Origin: Candidatus Heimdallarchaeota archaeon
GTDB taxonomy: Archaea > Asgardarchaeota > Heimdallarchaeia > JABLTI01
Assembly: GCA_018238155.1 (NCBI GenBank)
Contig: JABCTZ010000022.1
Coordinates: forward strand, 56,385-120,384
Length of the DNA: 64,000 nucleotides
Direction: 5' to 3'
The position numbers and the translations under genes are program-made. The notes below the pieces were generated by a model. That model was not told the DNA's origin. It ran no database searches and was given only the letters and a program-made list of their open reading frames with translations. Of this stretch, positions 18,850 through 29,974 are shown piece after piece. Each line of letters starts with the position of its first letter. The stretch's first letter is position 1.

Positions 18850-20457
18850 GTGATTATGTCAAAACGAATAACTATCGATGATTTAGTTTTAATTTTTGGT
18901 GAAAACTTTATCCCTCCTGAAATTGATAAAAAAATAGTTATGAAACATTTTGAGGTAAGTTCAAATCGTATTATTGGTGAAAAGACAATTGACAAATTAA
19001 AAAAAGCTCTATTAACTTCTATTGAAGCAGCAAAAGCAGAACAATTCAAAGTTCGGGGAGGAGTAATTAATTCTCCATTTGATCAATTAAAGCCCGAATC
19101 TATCACATCAATGCAACAATCACCAACCTCACTCGAAAAAAAGCCTGTGGAAAAAGAAGTTGTTAAAAAAGACAAATATGGGCTGAGTTCTATTAAATCA
19201 GGCTTAGTATCGAAACGAATAGAAAAAAGAACAAATGGGCAAAACGATTTAACTGAAAAGAACAGAGCAAATGAACAAAATAGTACTGCTAAAATTGATG
19301 ATTCTTTACTGCCATCTATTGAGGATTTAACTATACTTTCAGGTGGTCAATTGGTTCGAAAAGAAGGAGAAGCAATACAGCAGGTGCAAAAAGAAGTTGC
19401 CATACGAGAATATCAAGCTCAAGAAGAATCCAGAAGTGTTCGTTGGGGTCAAGAATTTACTAAAAATCGCGAAGGAAAAACACAAGAAATTAATAATCCA
19501 TCGTATATTTTTCACTCAAATTTGTGGCAATTTGAAGAAGCACGAGAACAATCTAAAAAGAGTAGATGTGATATTCTCCAACATGCCGTTTTAGATATGT
19601 TAGCAAACAACATCAATGTAGTAATGCTTGAAAATGAGACAGAACCATTTTTTGTAGTTGAAGGATACGGTTTAATAAAATCTAAGGATTCATTAAAGGA
19701 TAAAATTAGTATTCATGAGCAGATTCAGTTGATTGTTATTTCAAGTGATGCTTGGCAAATTGCTCTAAAGAAACCTGAAGCAATGATTCGGGGAATAGAT
19801 CGTTCGAATATTAATAGATCTCATTCAATTGATATGACTAGTGTTATCCCTTTAGCCAACGTGAGAACAAAGATAGTTGAATTGGATAACAAATTCAAAA
19901 TAGAATTTCAAGAGCCAAACCCCATAATGGATAAAACTTTGCTTGCTTTGCAGAAACATAGAAAAAATGTCGTATGGACTTGTGGAGCATCTACCATTAC
20001 AAATTTACGTGAAGCTGTAAATGGACACAGAGCATTTATTGATAGACCTCATAATTCTCTAAACATGGTAGTAATAGGTACTAATCAAGCATTTCATCCC
20101 ATAAAAATCAAATTCGATCAAAGTGGTAATTTTTCTGTTGAAGAACTATTACCGGGATATTGTACAAAACATTCTATTTTATCAACCGCTGCAATCAAAG
20201 ACATTTTTGGTTGCATTCCAGCAATATATGATTCAAGTAGTTTGGGGACACCAGAAAGCGAAGTAGTGAAAATTGCTGAATCAGTATATAAAAGATTAGG
20301 ATATAGTGCAATCGAAACAACATTTGATTTAGGATATGTTTTGGGAAACGCAAATGATGTTGCTCCAATTAGCAAATTAGATATTATTCTTCCATTACCA
20401 CATCAAGAAATGCAAGAAAAAATGGAACGAAAAGGATTTAACTTTATCTTTTTATAG
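18850..20457 (+). CDS. Hypothetical protein
   Basis: 535-aa ORF co-oriented with tiaS; no motif recognised. Confidence 0.75.
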   Translation: MIMSKRITIDDLVLIFGENFIPPEIDKKIVMKHFEVSSNRIIGEKTIDKLKKALLTSIEAAKAEQFKVRGGVINSPFDQLKPESITSMQQSPTSLEKKPVEKEVVKKDKYGLSSIKSGLVSKRIEKRTNGQNDLTEKNRANEQNSTAKIDDSLLPSIEDLTILSGGQLVRKEGEAIQQVQKEVAIREYQAQEESRSVRWGQEFTKNREGKTQEINNPSYIFHSNLWQFEEAREQSKKSRCDILQHAVLDMLANNINVVMLENETEPFFVVEGYGLIKSKDSLKDKISIHEQIQLIVISSDAWQIALKKPEAMIRGIDRSNINRSHSIDMTSVIPLANVRTKIVELDNKFKIEFQEPNPIMDKTLLALQKHRKNVVWTCGASTITNLREAVNGHRAFIDRPHNSLNMVVIGTNQAFHPIKIKFDQSGNFSVEELLPGYCTKHSILSTAAIKDIFGCIPAIYDSSSLGTPESEVVKIAESVYKRLGYSAIETTFDLGYVLGNANDVAPISKLDIILPLPHQEMQEKMERKGFNFIFL

Positions 20458-20492
20458 AGAATGGTCTTGAATTCTTCTAGGTCTTGTAAATT

Positions 20493-21836
20493 ATGAAGAA
20501 TGTGCTGCATATTGGATTTGATGATACAGATTCTCTCAAAGGCTCTTGTACAACTCATCTAGCTACTTTGATCATTCAAGAGATATTTGATCAAATAACA
20601 TTCCTTGATTTTCCAAATTTAATCAGATTGAATCCCAATATACCGTACAAGACACGAGGAAATGGCGCAGTTGCACTCAGAATCAAAGGAGAAGAAAAAG
20701 ATCTCGAGTATTGTAAAGAGATTGTCATCAATAAAGTAAAGAATCTTTCTGAAGTTGATGATGAAAATACAAATCCGGGAATAGCTTTTGTTGAAAATGA
20801 GGTACCAAAAGAAATTGTTGCTCATTCAAAAAGGGCAATGTGGGATGTCATTTCAATAAAAGAAGCAGAGGAATTTAGCTCTTTTTCAAATGTTGAAGTT
20901 ATCAAATTTAAACTAGGGAGAGGTATTATCGGTGCACTTGGAGCCATTGGAAATCCATTGAAAGATGATTTTACATATGAGCATTTGAGTTATCGAGAAC
21001 CTAAAAATTTCGGTACAAAACGTCTTGTCGATAGTGAAAGTATTTATTTTGCAGATAAGGAAACACCTCTAACTTTCAACAACATTGATTATGAGTACAA
21101 TTCCATTATGATTCTTCCCAGAGGTGCGGACCCGGTATTCACGGGCATACGTGGAGAAACAGTTGAAGCGGTTAGAAAAGCATACAGTCTAATTAGCCCC
21201 TTAGAAGAACTTCCAATGCAAATGGTTTTTCGAACGAATCAACATACAAACCAACACTTTACCAAGCAATTTTCAATAAATGAATTGAAACCATATATCT
21301 CAGCCATTGTTGATGCTGATGTTACAAATAAACCACACTATATTGAAGGGAGTCATCTAATATTTTCTGTTGAGGATTCTACTGGAAAAATCGATTGTGC
21401 TGCCTACGAACCCACAAAACGATTTCGTGGTCAATTAAGTAAATTGCTTATTGGAGATAAGATCACTGTTTTTGGAGGAATCAGACCAGCAGAAGAAAAA
21501 CATCAAATGACAATTAACATTGAACGTCTGAAAATAAATGAACTTGTTAAGAAAAACAAATTCGAGAACCCATTCTGCTCCAATTGTCAATCTAGATTAA
21601 AATCAGCAGGGAAAAACAAGGGATACAAGTGTCCCAAATGCTCAACCAAATATCGAGAATTACAACCAAATGAAATCGAGATACCAAGAGAATTAACAAT
21701 TGGAGAATATTTACCTCCAATGATAGCCCAAAGACATCTAACAAAACCGAAAGTGAGAGGGAACAGAGATAATTCATCTACACAGAAGCAGATAAAAGAA
21801 ATCAATACTATTCTAGCTGCTTTGGTGGAAAATTAG
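20493..21836 (+). CDS. tiaS: tRNA(Ile2) agmatidine synthetase
   Basis: IGFDDTDS...CTTHL, RLNPNIPYKTRGNGA, OB fold, C-terminal Zn ribbon, HLTKP. Confidence 0.95.
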   Translation: MKNVLHIGFDDTDSLKGSCTTHLATLIIQEIFDQITFLDFPNLIRLNPNIPYKTRGNGAVALRIKGEEKDLEYCKEIVINKVKNLSEVDDENTNPGIAFVENEVPKEIVAHSKRAMWDVISIKEAEEFSSFSNVEVIKFKLGRGIIGALGAIGNPLKDDFTYEHLSYREPKNFGTKRLVDSESIYFADKETPLTFNNIDYEYNSIMILPRGADPVFTGIRGETVEAVRKAYSLISPLEELPMQMVFRTNQHTNQHFTKQFSINELKPYISAIVDADVTNKPHYIEGSHLIFSVEDSTGKIDCAAYEPTKRFRGQLSKLLIGDKITVFGGIRPAEEKHQMTINIERLKINELVKKNKFENPFCSNCQSRLKSAGKNKGYKCPKCSTKYRELQPNEIEIPRELTIGEYLPPMIAQRHLTKPKVRGNRDNSSTQKQIKEINTILAALVEN

Positions 21837-21937
21837 TTTTTTCAAGTATAAAGCATCAAAAAAATGATATACGGAATATTTTAATAGTATCTTTAAAATC
21901 TCTCTTTTAGAGACTCTAGCAAGAGGAGAAATAGATC

Positions 21938-22378
21938 ATGATTTCTATTGACAAATATGAATTTGATGAAAATCTGTATTATTACACTAAAGGAGATGGG
22001 CACGTATGGGTTAAGAAACTCGACGATGGAAAAATACGTGTTGGTTTTGATGACTTTGGTCAACAACTCGCGGGGAAAATCCTATTTGTCAGAACGGTCT
22101 CTCCTGGAAAAGAAAGACCAAAAGGTAAAAGCTTAGGAACAATTGAAACAGGTAAATATGTTGGTGCAATTAAATGTCCGGTCAATGGAACCGTTGTTGA
22201 AGTAAATCCGGCAATAAAAGAATCCCCATCACTCATTAATGATGACCCATATGATAAAGGTTGGATTGCGATTATTGACCCCAGTAATCTTGAAGAAGAT
22301 CTAAAAGAAGATTTCGTATTTGGTGAATCCGAGTTAAAAGAATGGATGGAAAAAGAAATCGAGTCTCATGTTAAATAA
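21938..22378 (+). CDS. gcvH: Glycine cleavage H / lipoyl carrier protein
   Basis: IETGKYVG (lipoyl Lys), INDDPYDKGWI. Confidence 0.92.
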   Translation: MISIDKYEFDENLYYYTKGDGHVWVKKLDDGKIRVGFDDFGQQLAGKILFVRTVSPGKERPKGKSLGTIETGKYVGAIKCPVNGTVVEVNPAIKESPSLINDDPYDKGWIAIIDPSNLEEDLKEDFVFGESELKEWMEKEIESHVK

Positions 22379-22523
22379 GAACGCTAATACTAAATTCTTT
22401 TTTCCCTTTCTCTTTTTATTTTCGTTTCTAATTTTGTTTCTTTGACATAATAGTTTTAAATGGAATACTGTAATACCTTGTTGTTTATTTTAAACTGAAC
22501 AGATACGCGAGGAAATATTACCA

Positions 22524-23411
22524 ATGGAATTCGCACCAATTATTGAGAAGGTTGCATTCAACTTAATGAAATATTCCGCTACTGTTTTACCAGATAACGC
22601 TATCAAAGCAATAAAAACTGCTTATGAAAAAGAAAAAAGCACTACTGGAAAAGCACAACTAGGAGCAATCATTAGGAATTTTGAATCTGGAGCCGAGAAG
22701 AGCACTCCAATGTGTCAAGATACAGGTATTCATATTTACTATGTTGAAATTGGGGCAGATTGCCCAATTGATGACCTTGGAAAATTTAGGGAAGCATTTA
22801 CTAATGCTTCCAAAAAAACTACTACTGAAGTACCAATGAGACCAAATGCGGTCGATCCTTTTGGCAGTAATTCAGGTGATAATACAGGAAGATATATCCC
22901 TTGGATTAACTGGGAGATTGTTTCAGGTGACAAAATCAAAATCACTGCTTTTCCAAAAGGTGGTGGAAGCGAAAATATGAGTACAGTCAAAATGCTCAAA
23001 CCTGGTGTTGGACTCAAAGGTGTTATGAAAGAAGTGGTTGATTGGATGATTAGTGCAGGTGGTCAACCTTGTCCCCCAACTATTGTTGGTGTTGCAATAG
23101 GAGGAGGAGCTGATATTGCCATCAAAATAGCTAAGAAGCAACTAATGAGACCAATTGGTGAACCACATCCACAAAAAGAAGTTGCAGAAATGGAACAGAA
23201 ACTGTTGAAAGCAATAAATAACTCAGGAATTGGTCCAATGGGACTTGGTGGAAATATCACCTCATTAGCAGTTCATATGGACTATGCTATGAGACACCCT
23301 GCATCTTTACCCTTGGGAATTGCTGTACAATGTTGGGCTGCAAGACAATCAGCTGCTGAAATAAGCGCAGATGGTAAGGTAAAATACCTTCATCATGACA
23401 TTAAGGATTGA
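22524..23411 (+). CDS. fumA: Fe-S hydro-lyase (fumarate hydratase/tartrate dehydratase) alpha subunit
   Basis: PMCQDTG, KGGGSEN, QPCPP, CWAAR. Confidence 0.9.
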   Translation: MEFAPIIEKVAFNLMKYSATVLPDNAIKAIKTAYEKEKSTTGKAQLGAIIRNFESGAEKSTPMCQDTGIHIYYVEIGADCPIDDLGKFREAFTNASKKTTTEVPMRPNAVDPFGSNSGDNTGRYIPWINWEIVSGDKIKITAFPKGGGSENMSTVKMLKPGVGLKGVMKEVVDWMISAGGQPCPPTIVGVAIGGGADIAIKIAKKQLMRPIGEPHPQKEVAEMEQKLLKAINNSGIGPMGLGGNITSLAVHMDYAMRHPASLPLGIAVQCWAARQSAAEISADGKVKYLHHDIKD

Positions 23412-23416
23412 GGAAA

Positions 23417-24028
23417 ATGGCAGAAGTAAAATTAACAACTCCAATATCAGAAGAAGATATTCGAAAACTCAAAGCAGGAGATACATTGTATATCAGTGGT
23501 AAGATGTTCCTTGCAAGAGATGAAGCACACCTTCGAGCAATTGAATTATTTGATGAAGGAAAAGAGCTTCCTTTTGATTTCAAAGGATTAGCTGTTTTTC
23601 ATTGTGGACCTATTGTAAAACAAGATGACACAGGTCAATGGCATGTTATTGCTGCAGGACCAACGACTTCATCGAGAATGGAAATTTTCCAAGATGAATT
23701 CATAAAAAGGTTCAGAGTAAGTGTTGTTATCGGTAAAGGTGGAATGTTTGAACGCACCACAGCAGCAATGAAAAAATATGGTTGTGTATATGCTGCTTTC
23801 ACTGGTGGTGCTGCAGTTCTTGCTGCAGATGGAGTCAAAAGAGTGGAGGGTGTCGAATGGTTAGATTTAGGCACTCCAGAAGCTTTATGGGTTTTCGAAG
23901 CAGAGAATTTCGGTCCTTTGACAATTGCAATTGATAGTCATGGAAATAATTTATTCAAAGATATTGCTGACAAAGCTGATAAGAATAGAGCAAAATCTTA
24001 TGAAATTATTGGTGTTTCAAAAGATTAA
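23417..24028 (+). CDS. fumB: Fe-S hydro-lyase beta subunit
   Basis: ARDEAH, HCGP, GPTTSSRM, IGKGGM, IDSHGN. Confidence 0.9.
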   Translation: MAEVKLTTPISEEDIRKLKAGDTLYISGKMFLARDEAHLRAIELFDEGKELPFDFKGLAVFHCGPIVKQDDTGQWHVIAAGPTTSSRMEIFQDEFIKRFRVSVVIGKGGMFERTTAAMKKYGCVYAAFTGGAAVLAADGVKRVEGVEWLDLGTPEALWVFEAENFGPLTIAIDSHGNNLFKDIADKADKNRAKSYEIIGVSKD

Positions 24029-24603
24029 TTATCTTCTTTTGAAATCCTATTTTCCTTTTTTTCCAAGTCTTTAGAATAATAAACCCAAAAATAACCATTT
24101 TTCTTAGTTTTCTCCCCATCTTCAAAACCCAGTTTTTGAGCTAGTTTTTTCATCCCAAAATTATCTATCCGTGTACATAATCTCGCTCGTTTGAATTTTA
24201 ATTCATGCCCTCTTTTTAAGATGTATTTCATTAATTCTTTCCCAATCCCTTTTCGTTGAAAACCTTCAGCTACAGTTATTCCTATATCAAAATCTCCTTC
24301 CACTAAATCTTCCTCTTCTTGCCAATCACCAAAGAGAGTAACCAACCCAACTATCCCACTTGGATTGTCTCTAAGTCGCTTCCAGGGCAATACTTTGCGA
24401 ATAAATCTTCTTCCCTCTTCCTCTATCTCCTCTTTGGATAATACTGCTACATAAACTTCCCATAATCCCATAACTATATTATTAACCCAGTCCTCAACAA
24501 GTTCTTCAGTATCACTCATCATACCTACTAATTGTTTATCAATTGGTTCGATGAGATCATATAATCCTTGCCAATCATCTGATTGAATGAGACGAATTTC
24601 CAT
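24025..24603 (-). CDS. GNAT family N-acetyltransferase
   Basis: FQRKGIGKEL acetyl-CoA motif; DN...AQKLGF. Confidence 0.85.
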   Translation of the reverse strand: MEIRLIQSDDWQGLYDLIEPIDKQLVGMMSDTEELVEDWVNNIVMGLWEVYVAVLSKEEIEEEGRRFIRKVLPWKRLRDNPSGIVGLVTLFGDWQEEEDLVEGDFDIGITVAEGFQRKGIGKELMKYILKRGHELKFKRARLCTRIDNFGMKKLAQKLGFEDGEKTKKNGYFWVYYSKDLEKKENRISKEDN

Positions 24604-24726
24604 GTATTGTTCACTGGTAAATAACTGTAAATTTGATATTTAAAAAAGTAATTTTCATGAGGAAAATTCATTTGAATTGCCTTATAACACCAAAACTTTT
24701 TGAGGTGCAAATTATAAGCAAGACAC

Positions 24727-25758
24727 ATGGCAGATTTGAACCTTCTTTGGGCTATTATTGCTCAATTATGTGCAACTTCTCTGAATTTCATTGGTATGAC
24801 CATTCAGAAGAAAGCAGCAAATGAACTACCAAAAATCGGTTTAGAAGCAGGTTTACTAAAGTCAGTGAAAAATTTTCTACTTAATAAAGAATGGATAATT
24901 GGTTATGGATTGAATGGTGTTAGTGTTCTATTAAATTCTCTAGCGCTAGCATTGGCAGCAATTTCCATTATCCAACCACTATTTGGTTTCGGTTTAATTG
25001 TTTTAGTTGTATTCTCACACTTTTACTTAAAAGAGAAAATAACTCAAATTGATATTATAGGTGTTTTAATTGGTATTACTGGGTTGATTGTCATTGGACT
25101 TACAGCAGTTCAACCAGATCAACTTCTTTACACAGACTTATTGATAAAATTCTTTGATTTACGCGGAATAATTTTCCTAGGTGTATCTCTATGTTTAGCA
25201 ATTATTTTGTATTTAACAAGTGAAAAAATAACTAAAAATGTTTCAGTTATTCTCTTAACTGTATCCTCTGCAATCTGGACTGCAACTTCTTTTCTGTTTT
25301 ACAAAGCAATAGCAACGGCAGTTAGAGATCTAGGATTTGTCTCAGCGTTTTTTGGAGAAGGTTGGCTTTATACTTGGTCTTTTATTGGATTAATTGCACT
25401 GGTAAGTTCTATTGGTCTAGTTATGTTAAATATTGCTTATCAAAATGGACAATGCGTAATTGTTGTTCCAATTTGGTCATCTCTTCAAGTTGTATTACCA
25501 ATTCTTGCAGGAATCATAATATTCGAGGAATGGTTAAATTTCTCTGCAAAAACAATTATTTGGCAAACAATTGGAATAGTAGTTATGCTAGTTTCGCTAG
25601 TTATCCTATCAATTAGCAATGGAAAGAAGGAAGATTCTTGTGTTTTAATACAAAAAGAAAACAAGAATATCAAAGAATCTGCTGAATCAACGCCTATCAA
25701 ACCAAGTATGGAGAAATCTTTGGACCAAAACGAATTGCTTGTTGATAGTCACAAATAG
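24727..25758 (+). CDS. DMT-superfamily transporter (NIPA-like)
   Basis: About 9 TM helices; GMTIQKK, SIIQPL, AYQNG...VVP. Confidence 0.75.
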   Translation: MADLNLLWAIIAQLCATSLNFIGMTIQKKAANELPKIGLEAGLLKSVKNFLLNKEWIIGYGLNGVSVLLNSLALALAAISIIQPLFGFGLIVLVVFSHFYLKEKITQIDIIGVLIGITGLIVIGLTAVQPDQLLYTDLLIKFFDLRGIIFLGVSLCLAIILYLTSEKITKNVSVILLTVSSAIWTATSFLFYKAIATAVRDLGFVSAFFGEGWLYTWSFIGLIALVSSIGLVMLNIAYQNGQCVIVVPIWSSLQVVLPILAGIIIFEEWLNFSAKTIIWQTIGIVVMLVSLVILSISNGKKEDSCVLIQKENKNIKESAESTPIKPSMEKSLDQNELLVDSHK

Positions 25759-25816
25759 TAAATATTAAATGGTCTAAAGGCTAATTATTGTTACTATTAC
25801 TAAAATGTGATATAGC

Positions 25817-26695
25817 ATGAAAAAAGAATCACTACGTTGTGCTTCAAGTGATGGAGCCTTTTTGTTTCAAGTACCACATGATGAAACAATGTTTTCACTT
25901 GAAACAAGCATCCTCTTATCAAGTAGCCTTTATGCTATCTCGGTTTTCTTAGAAAGAGGAGACCTCTCCTTTGGAGGCGAAAAACTTTCAATAATTCGGT
26001 TGAATTTTCATCCACCTATACCAGATAATGAAGATGATGAAGAAGAAGCTTCTGATGAGGAAAATGAAGAAGGATATGTCATTCATAGTATATACAAAAA
26101 TGGTTTTGGATTTCAAAGTATATTTCATACAAGTGAAATCACCAATGAACTTAGTGAATTTGAAAAAGCTTTTCTGGAATCAGTTGTAAATCATGTTCTG
26201 GAAAAATTAGCGAAAGCAGGATTTCAAGTTTCAGATATTCCCTTCTTACAAGATAATGTCGTTATTAATGATGTTGAACAAATGCTAAATGAAATTGATG
26301 TAAAATATAAATCTCTAGCTGCAAGTTGGGCGCTTGCTGCTGACTCTAATTGCGAAGATAATCGTTATGATTTTTCCAATGTATACTATCATGGAAAAAT
26401 TAATGTGAAAGATCTTTTCTATGATTTGGCTGAGCATGCAGATGAATCAATAGACAAGCTATTACTTAGTAAAGAAGGAAAAATGACCCTCTTCAGAATT
26501 GCTAAGAGTTTAGTTGGATTATCAGGACTTTTGTATAGCGATGAAAATACAGAAAAGATTAGTGATGAAGAGCTTAATTTCGCTCATTCTGAAATCATTT
26601 TAGAAACCTCTCAAAGTAAAAGATTATTCCGATTAGATGTTCGAGCATATAATATTATTGAAGAGCAATATTGTGATATTACTATAATGGGATAA
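25817..26695 (+). CDS. Hypothetical protein (possibly longin-like N-terminus)
   Basis: ORF track; acidic insertion; the fold guess is weak. Confidence 0.65.
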   Translation: MKKESLRCASSDGAFLFQVPHDETMFSLETSILLSSSLYAISVFLERGDLSFGGEKLSIIRLNFHPPIPDNEDDEEEASDEENEEGYVIHSIYKNGFGFQSIFHTSEITNELSEFEKAFLESVVNHVLEKLAKAGFQVSDIPFLQDNVVINDVEQMLNEIDVKYKSLAASWALAADSNCEDNRYDFSNVYYHGKINVKDLFYDLAEHADESIDKLLLSKEGKMTLFRIAKSLVGLSGLLYSDENTEKISDEELNFAHSEIILETSQSKRLFRLDVRAYNIIEEQYCDITIMG

Positions 26696-26703
26696 TTCAA
26701 TGA

Positions 26704-27618
26704 TTATTTTTTCTGGCTTGACCGCATATAATCAAATAGATATAATTGAGCCAAACCCGCCCATTTTCCATACTGACTGACCATCTTTTCTCTGCACTCT
26801 TCAAGGGATTTTTCTTTCCCTCTGAAAAACATTTTACTAACTCCCCTCTGAATCCAAATATCTGTTGGTGGGGCATCAATCTTGCCCAGACCATATAAGA
26901 GAAACATATCTGCAACTTTTGGTCCTATTCCTCGAAGTTTTATTAGCATTTTCTTTGCTTTATCAGTAGGGATTTCATAGAAATTCTCGAGTCTTACTTG
27001 AAAATTTGCTATTTCTTCAGTAGTAGTAATAATATAATCTTCACGATATCCAAGACGAGCTTCTTTCAAGAGATGCTTATTTCGAAATAACGTTTTTGGG
27101 TTAGGAAAAGAGTACACCATGAAATGATCTGTAGGAAATTTTTCTCCAGCCAATTCTTTTATTTTTCTAATTTGAGTATTGAATTTCCAGACAGAATTAT
27201 TTTGAGTCATAATTGAACAAATAAGGCTCTCGAATAAATCATGTGCTCGAGTTAAGCGTAATCCTTGCCTATCATTAAACGCTTTAGCTAGAGGGTCACT
27301 CTTGAATTCTTCATAGAACTGAAGTAAATTCATATCCAGACCGAAAATAGTTCGAAGATATTTTTTCAGTTTTTTTACATTATTCTCAGAAAGAGACCCA
27401 GATGGGTCTGCAAGTTCAGCTTGTATTTTTGTTTTTTTCTGACCTATTCGGCAAACAATAGTTTTTGTTGTTCCTGGAACATTTATTACAAAATAGTATT
27501 TCTCTAATTTATCACTCATGGGAATCGGAAATGAACTATGTCCAGATTCTATCGTTCTCCTTAAATTAATTGGTCCTTTTGTAGGTAGACTGAGAGGAAC
27601 CCATTCATTCATTGCCAT
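26704..27618 (-). CDS. HhH-GPD DNA glycosylase, OGG1/AlkA family
   Basis: FESLICSIMTQN, LGYR, LRGIGPKVAD (catalytic K), PTDIWI, AGLAQLYLF. Confidence 0.88.
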   Translation of the reverse strand: MAMNEWVPLSLPTKGPINLRRTIESGHSSFPIPMSDKLEKYYFVINVPGTTKTIVCRIGQKKTKIQAELADPSGSLSENNVKKLKKYLRTIFGLDMNLLQFYEEFKSDPLAKAFNDRQGLRLTRAHDLFESLICSIMTQNNSVWKFNTQIRKIKELAGEKFPTDHFMVYSFPNPKTLFRNKHLLKEARLGYREDYIITTTEEIANFQVRLENFYEIPTDKAKKMLIKLRGIGPKVADMFLLYGLGKIDAPPTDIWIQRGVSKMFFRGKEKSLEECREKMVSQYGKWAGLAQLYLFDYMRSSQKK

Positions 27619-27708
27619 TAGTATTTAACCTTCTAAGCTCTTATCTCGCAGAGATTTTATCTGTCAAAAAGTCTTTTGCTTGTTTTCAAAACAAATTTGA
27701 GCATTAAG

Positions 27709-28755
27709 TCAATGACGAGAACTAGTTATTGCATTGCGAACTTTTTCCTCGTACTTGAAGAAGGCTTCTTGTATTTTTCCAAGGAATTCACCACTTTCTT
27801 TGAACTTCTCAGAAGAGTAGTCTCTAGCACTTACAGCAAAAGCCATCATTCTTGTTGCAGTATAAACTTCATAAAAGAATATCCGGTTTCCAATATCTGG
27901 TAATTTAACCTTGGAATAATAGGTATTATAAAAATGGTGTCTATATCCATCCAGCTCAGGATATAAAGAGAAAAAGAACAATGTCCACCCTGCATCTAAT
28001 GCGGGGTCGCCCAAACGTGAATATTCCCAATCAATCAAGCCGGTTACTTTTGCCCCATTAACCATAATATTTCTTGGTTGAGGATCTCCATGTAGAAGAG
28101 AGAACCTATCTAACTTGAGTTGTTTCTTGAAAGACATGAACCATTTTCCAAGTGGATCAATATAATATCCTGCTTTTTTTAAGAAGCTCAGAGACCGATT
28201 AATATCATTTAAAATATATTTGTCATAAGGTATTTCTTCTTTGATGATTCCTTTTGGTGTCTCCATTCCATAATTCTTAAAACGGTAATTATGTAGATTA
28301 ACTAAATATTGTACAAATCCTGAAATTACTTTGTCAAAATCTGCCGGAGTATATGTTTTGATGGCTTGTTCAAGCGTTACTCCCGGAATTCGTTCTATAA
28401 TTGAAAATGGATAACCCAATAATCTTGTATCAACTTCTAGCAAATAGGGTTTTGGTACGGGTATGGGTGCACCTTGTAATCTACCTAATTTATTGAACTC
28501 TCTTTGAGGTTTTAATGAATCGTGTTTTTCAGGATATATTCTTAATACAACACTCTTTCGGATTTCTTGTCCTGAAAGTATAAAATTGATATCAAAGAAG
28601 AATACTTTGTTTGACATTCCAGATTGAATTCGTTCAGGAGTATCTATAGAAACTAATTGTGCTGTTTTAGGAATAAGTAACCAAATCTTACCTGATTCTA
28701 AAAGGTAATTCTTTAATCTTTGTTGGATTTCAACAACAGATAATAATGGTTTCAT
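27709..28755 (-). CDS. APH-family phosphotransferase
   Basis: LLHGDPQPRNIM, LIDWE, GDPALD. Confidence 0.88.
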   Translation of the reverse strand: MKPLLSVVEIQQRLKNYLLESGKIWLLIPKTAQLVSIDTPERIQSGMSNKVFFFDINFILSGQEIRKSVVLRIYPEKHDSLKPQREFNKLGRLQGAPIPVPKPYLLEVDTRLLGYPFSIIERIPGVTLEQAIKTYTPADFDKVISGFVQYLVNLHNYRFKNYGMETPKGIIKEEIPYDKYILNDINRSLSFLKKAGYYIDPLGKWFMSFKKQLKLDRFSLLHGDPQPRNIMVNGAKVTGLIDWEYSRLGDPALDAGWTLFFFSLYPELDGYRHHFYNTYYSKVKLPDIGNRIFFYEVYTATRMMAFAVSARDYSSEKFKESGEFLGKIQEAFFKYEEKVRNAITSSRH

Positions 28756-28886
28756 AATCCTTGTTCTCCTGAGTAATGTCTTAAGCTAGTTGTCTTATTA
28801 TAGCTACTCTTGATTAATGGAATAATTCTTCTTCTTACATTTATTTTATACTTGTTATTTGAAGTTTAGGGTTGAGTAAAAAATCT

Positions 28887-29780
28887 TTAGAGAGCGTCAA
28901 ATAACGAAAAAATCACATTAGCAACTGTTTTTGAAGTAATATCATTGACATCTAGTAGAGGGTTTACTTCTACAACTTCTAAACAACGAATTCTTTTTGC
29001 TAATTTTGCAGTGATTTCAAAAAGCTCTCGAGTGGTCAATCCACCAGGTTCAGGCACACTAACACCTGGAGCAAAGGCAGGATCAAGAACATCAATATCT
29101 AAAGAAACATAGAGATTCTTATGTTTCTCCAAAATTTCATCAATAAATTTATTTCTTTTTAAACCATCTTTGACATCAGAAGCAGATAAGATTTTCATCT
29201 TATTTTGTCTTGCAAACATTACTTCTTCCCAACCAAAGTTATGACCATGTTGACCAATGAAATAAACGTTTTCGGGTAGGATTAATTTCTGGTCAATAAT
29301 CCTTTTCAATACTGTTGCCCGTGAATGCAAATTACCTTCAGGATATTCATTCATCAAATCAAGATGAGCATCTATCCAAATAATGGCATCTAATTTTTGA
29401 TTGCTAGAAACAAATCCCTTTGTCGTACCCAAAGCAATTGAATGATCTCCACCCAAAATTATTGGTATAGCATTTTTATTGATAATTGTTTTAACTCGAG
29501 CTGAGAGTTGATTTTGTATCCCATCATAAGTAAGTCCTAGATCAATGTCACCATAATCTAAAACATTGAATTGATGAATTGATTGCTTCAGAAGCCCTTG
29601 CCCCGAATAAAACTGGGAGCTTTTACGGATGTTTTTTGGTGCGAGTATTGAACCTTTAGTATAAAAATCAATATCACCTTCAAATGGTGCGCCAACAATA
29701 ACAGCATCAACATCAATAGCAGATTCAATTTCTTCAACTAAGAACGTTCCACAGAATTCTTCAGTCATCTTTCTCAACAC
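28887..29780 (-). CDS. speB: Agmatinase / ureohydrolase family protein
   Basis: GGDHS, DAHLD, SLDIDVLDPAFAPG, PEPGG. Confidence 0.8.
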   Translation of the reverse strand: MLRKMTEEFCGTFLVEEIESAIDVDAVIVGAPFEGDIDFYTKGSILAPKNIRKSSQFYSGQGLLKQSIHQFNVLDYGDIDLGLTYDGIQNQLSARVKTIINKNAIPIILGGDHSIALGTTKGFVSSNQKLDAIIWIDAHLDLMNEYPEGNLHSRATVLKRIIDQKLILPENVYFIGQHGHNFGWEEVMFARQNKMKILSASDVKDGLKRNKFIDEILEKHKNLYVSLDIDVLDPAFAPGVSVPEPGGLTTRELFEITAKLAKRIRCLEVVEVNPLLDVNDITSKTVANVIFSLFDAL

Positions 29781-29974
29781 AAAATTGGTTACTAGATATT
29801 TTAATTATTTCTTTGATAAAGAATTATTTCATATAACCTATTTTATCTATTATTACATAATAAAAGAACTTTTAACCTCAGAGTATTGAGCTTTATTTAG
29901 ATAAACAAATCTCCAAAAATATCTATCCAAACAAGATAGGCAGTTATTTGATTATTCATCTTGATGTGTTTCTG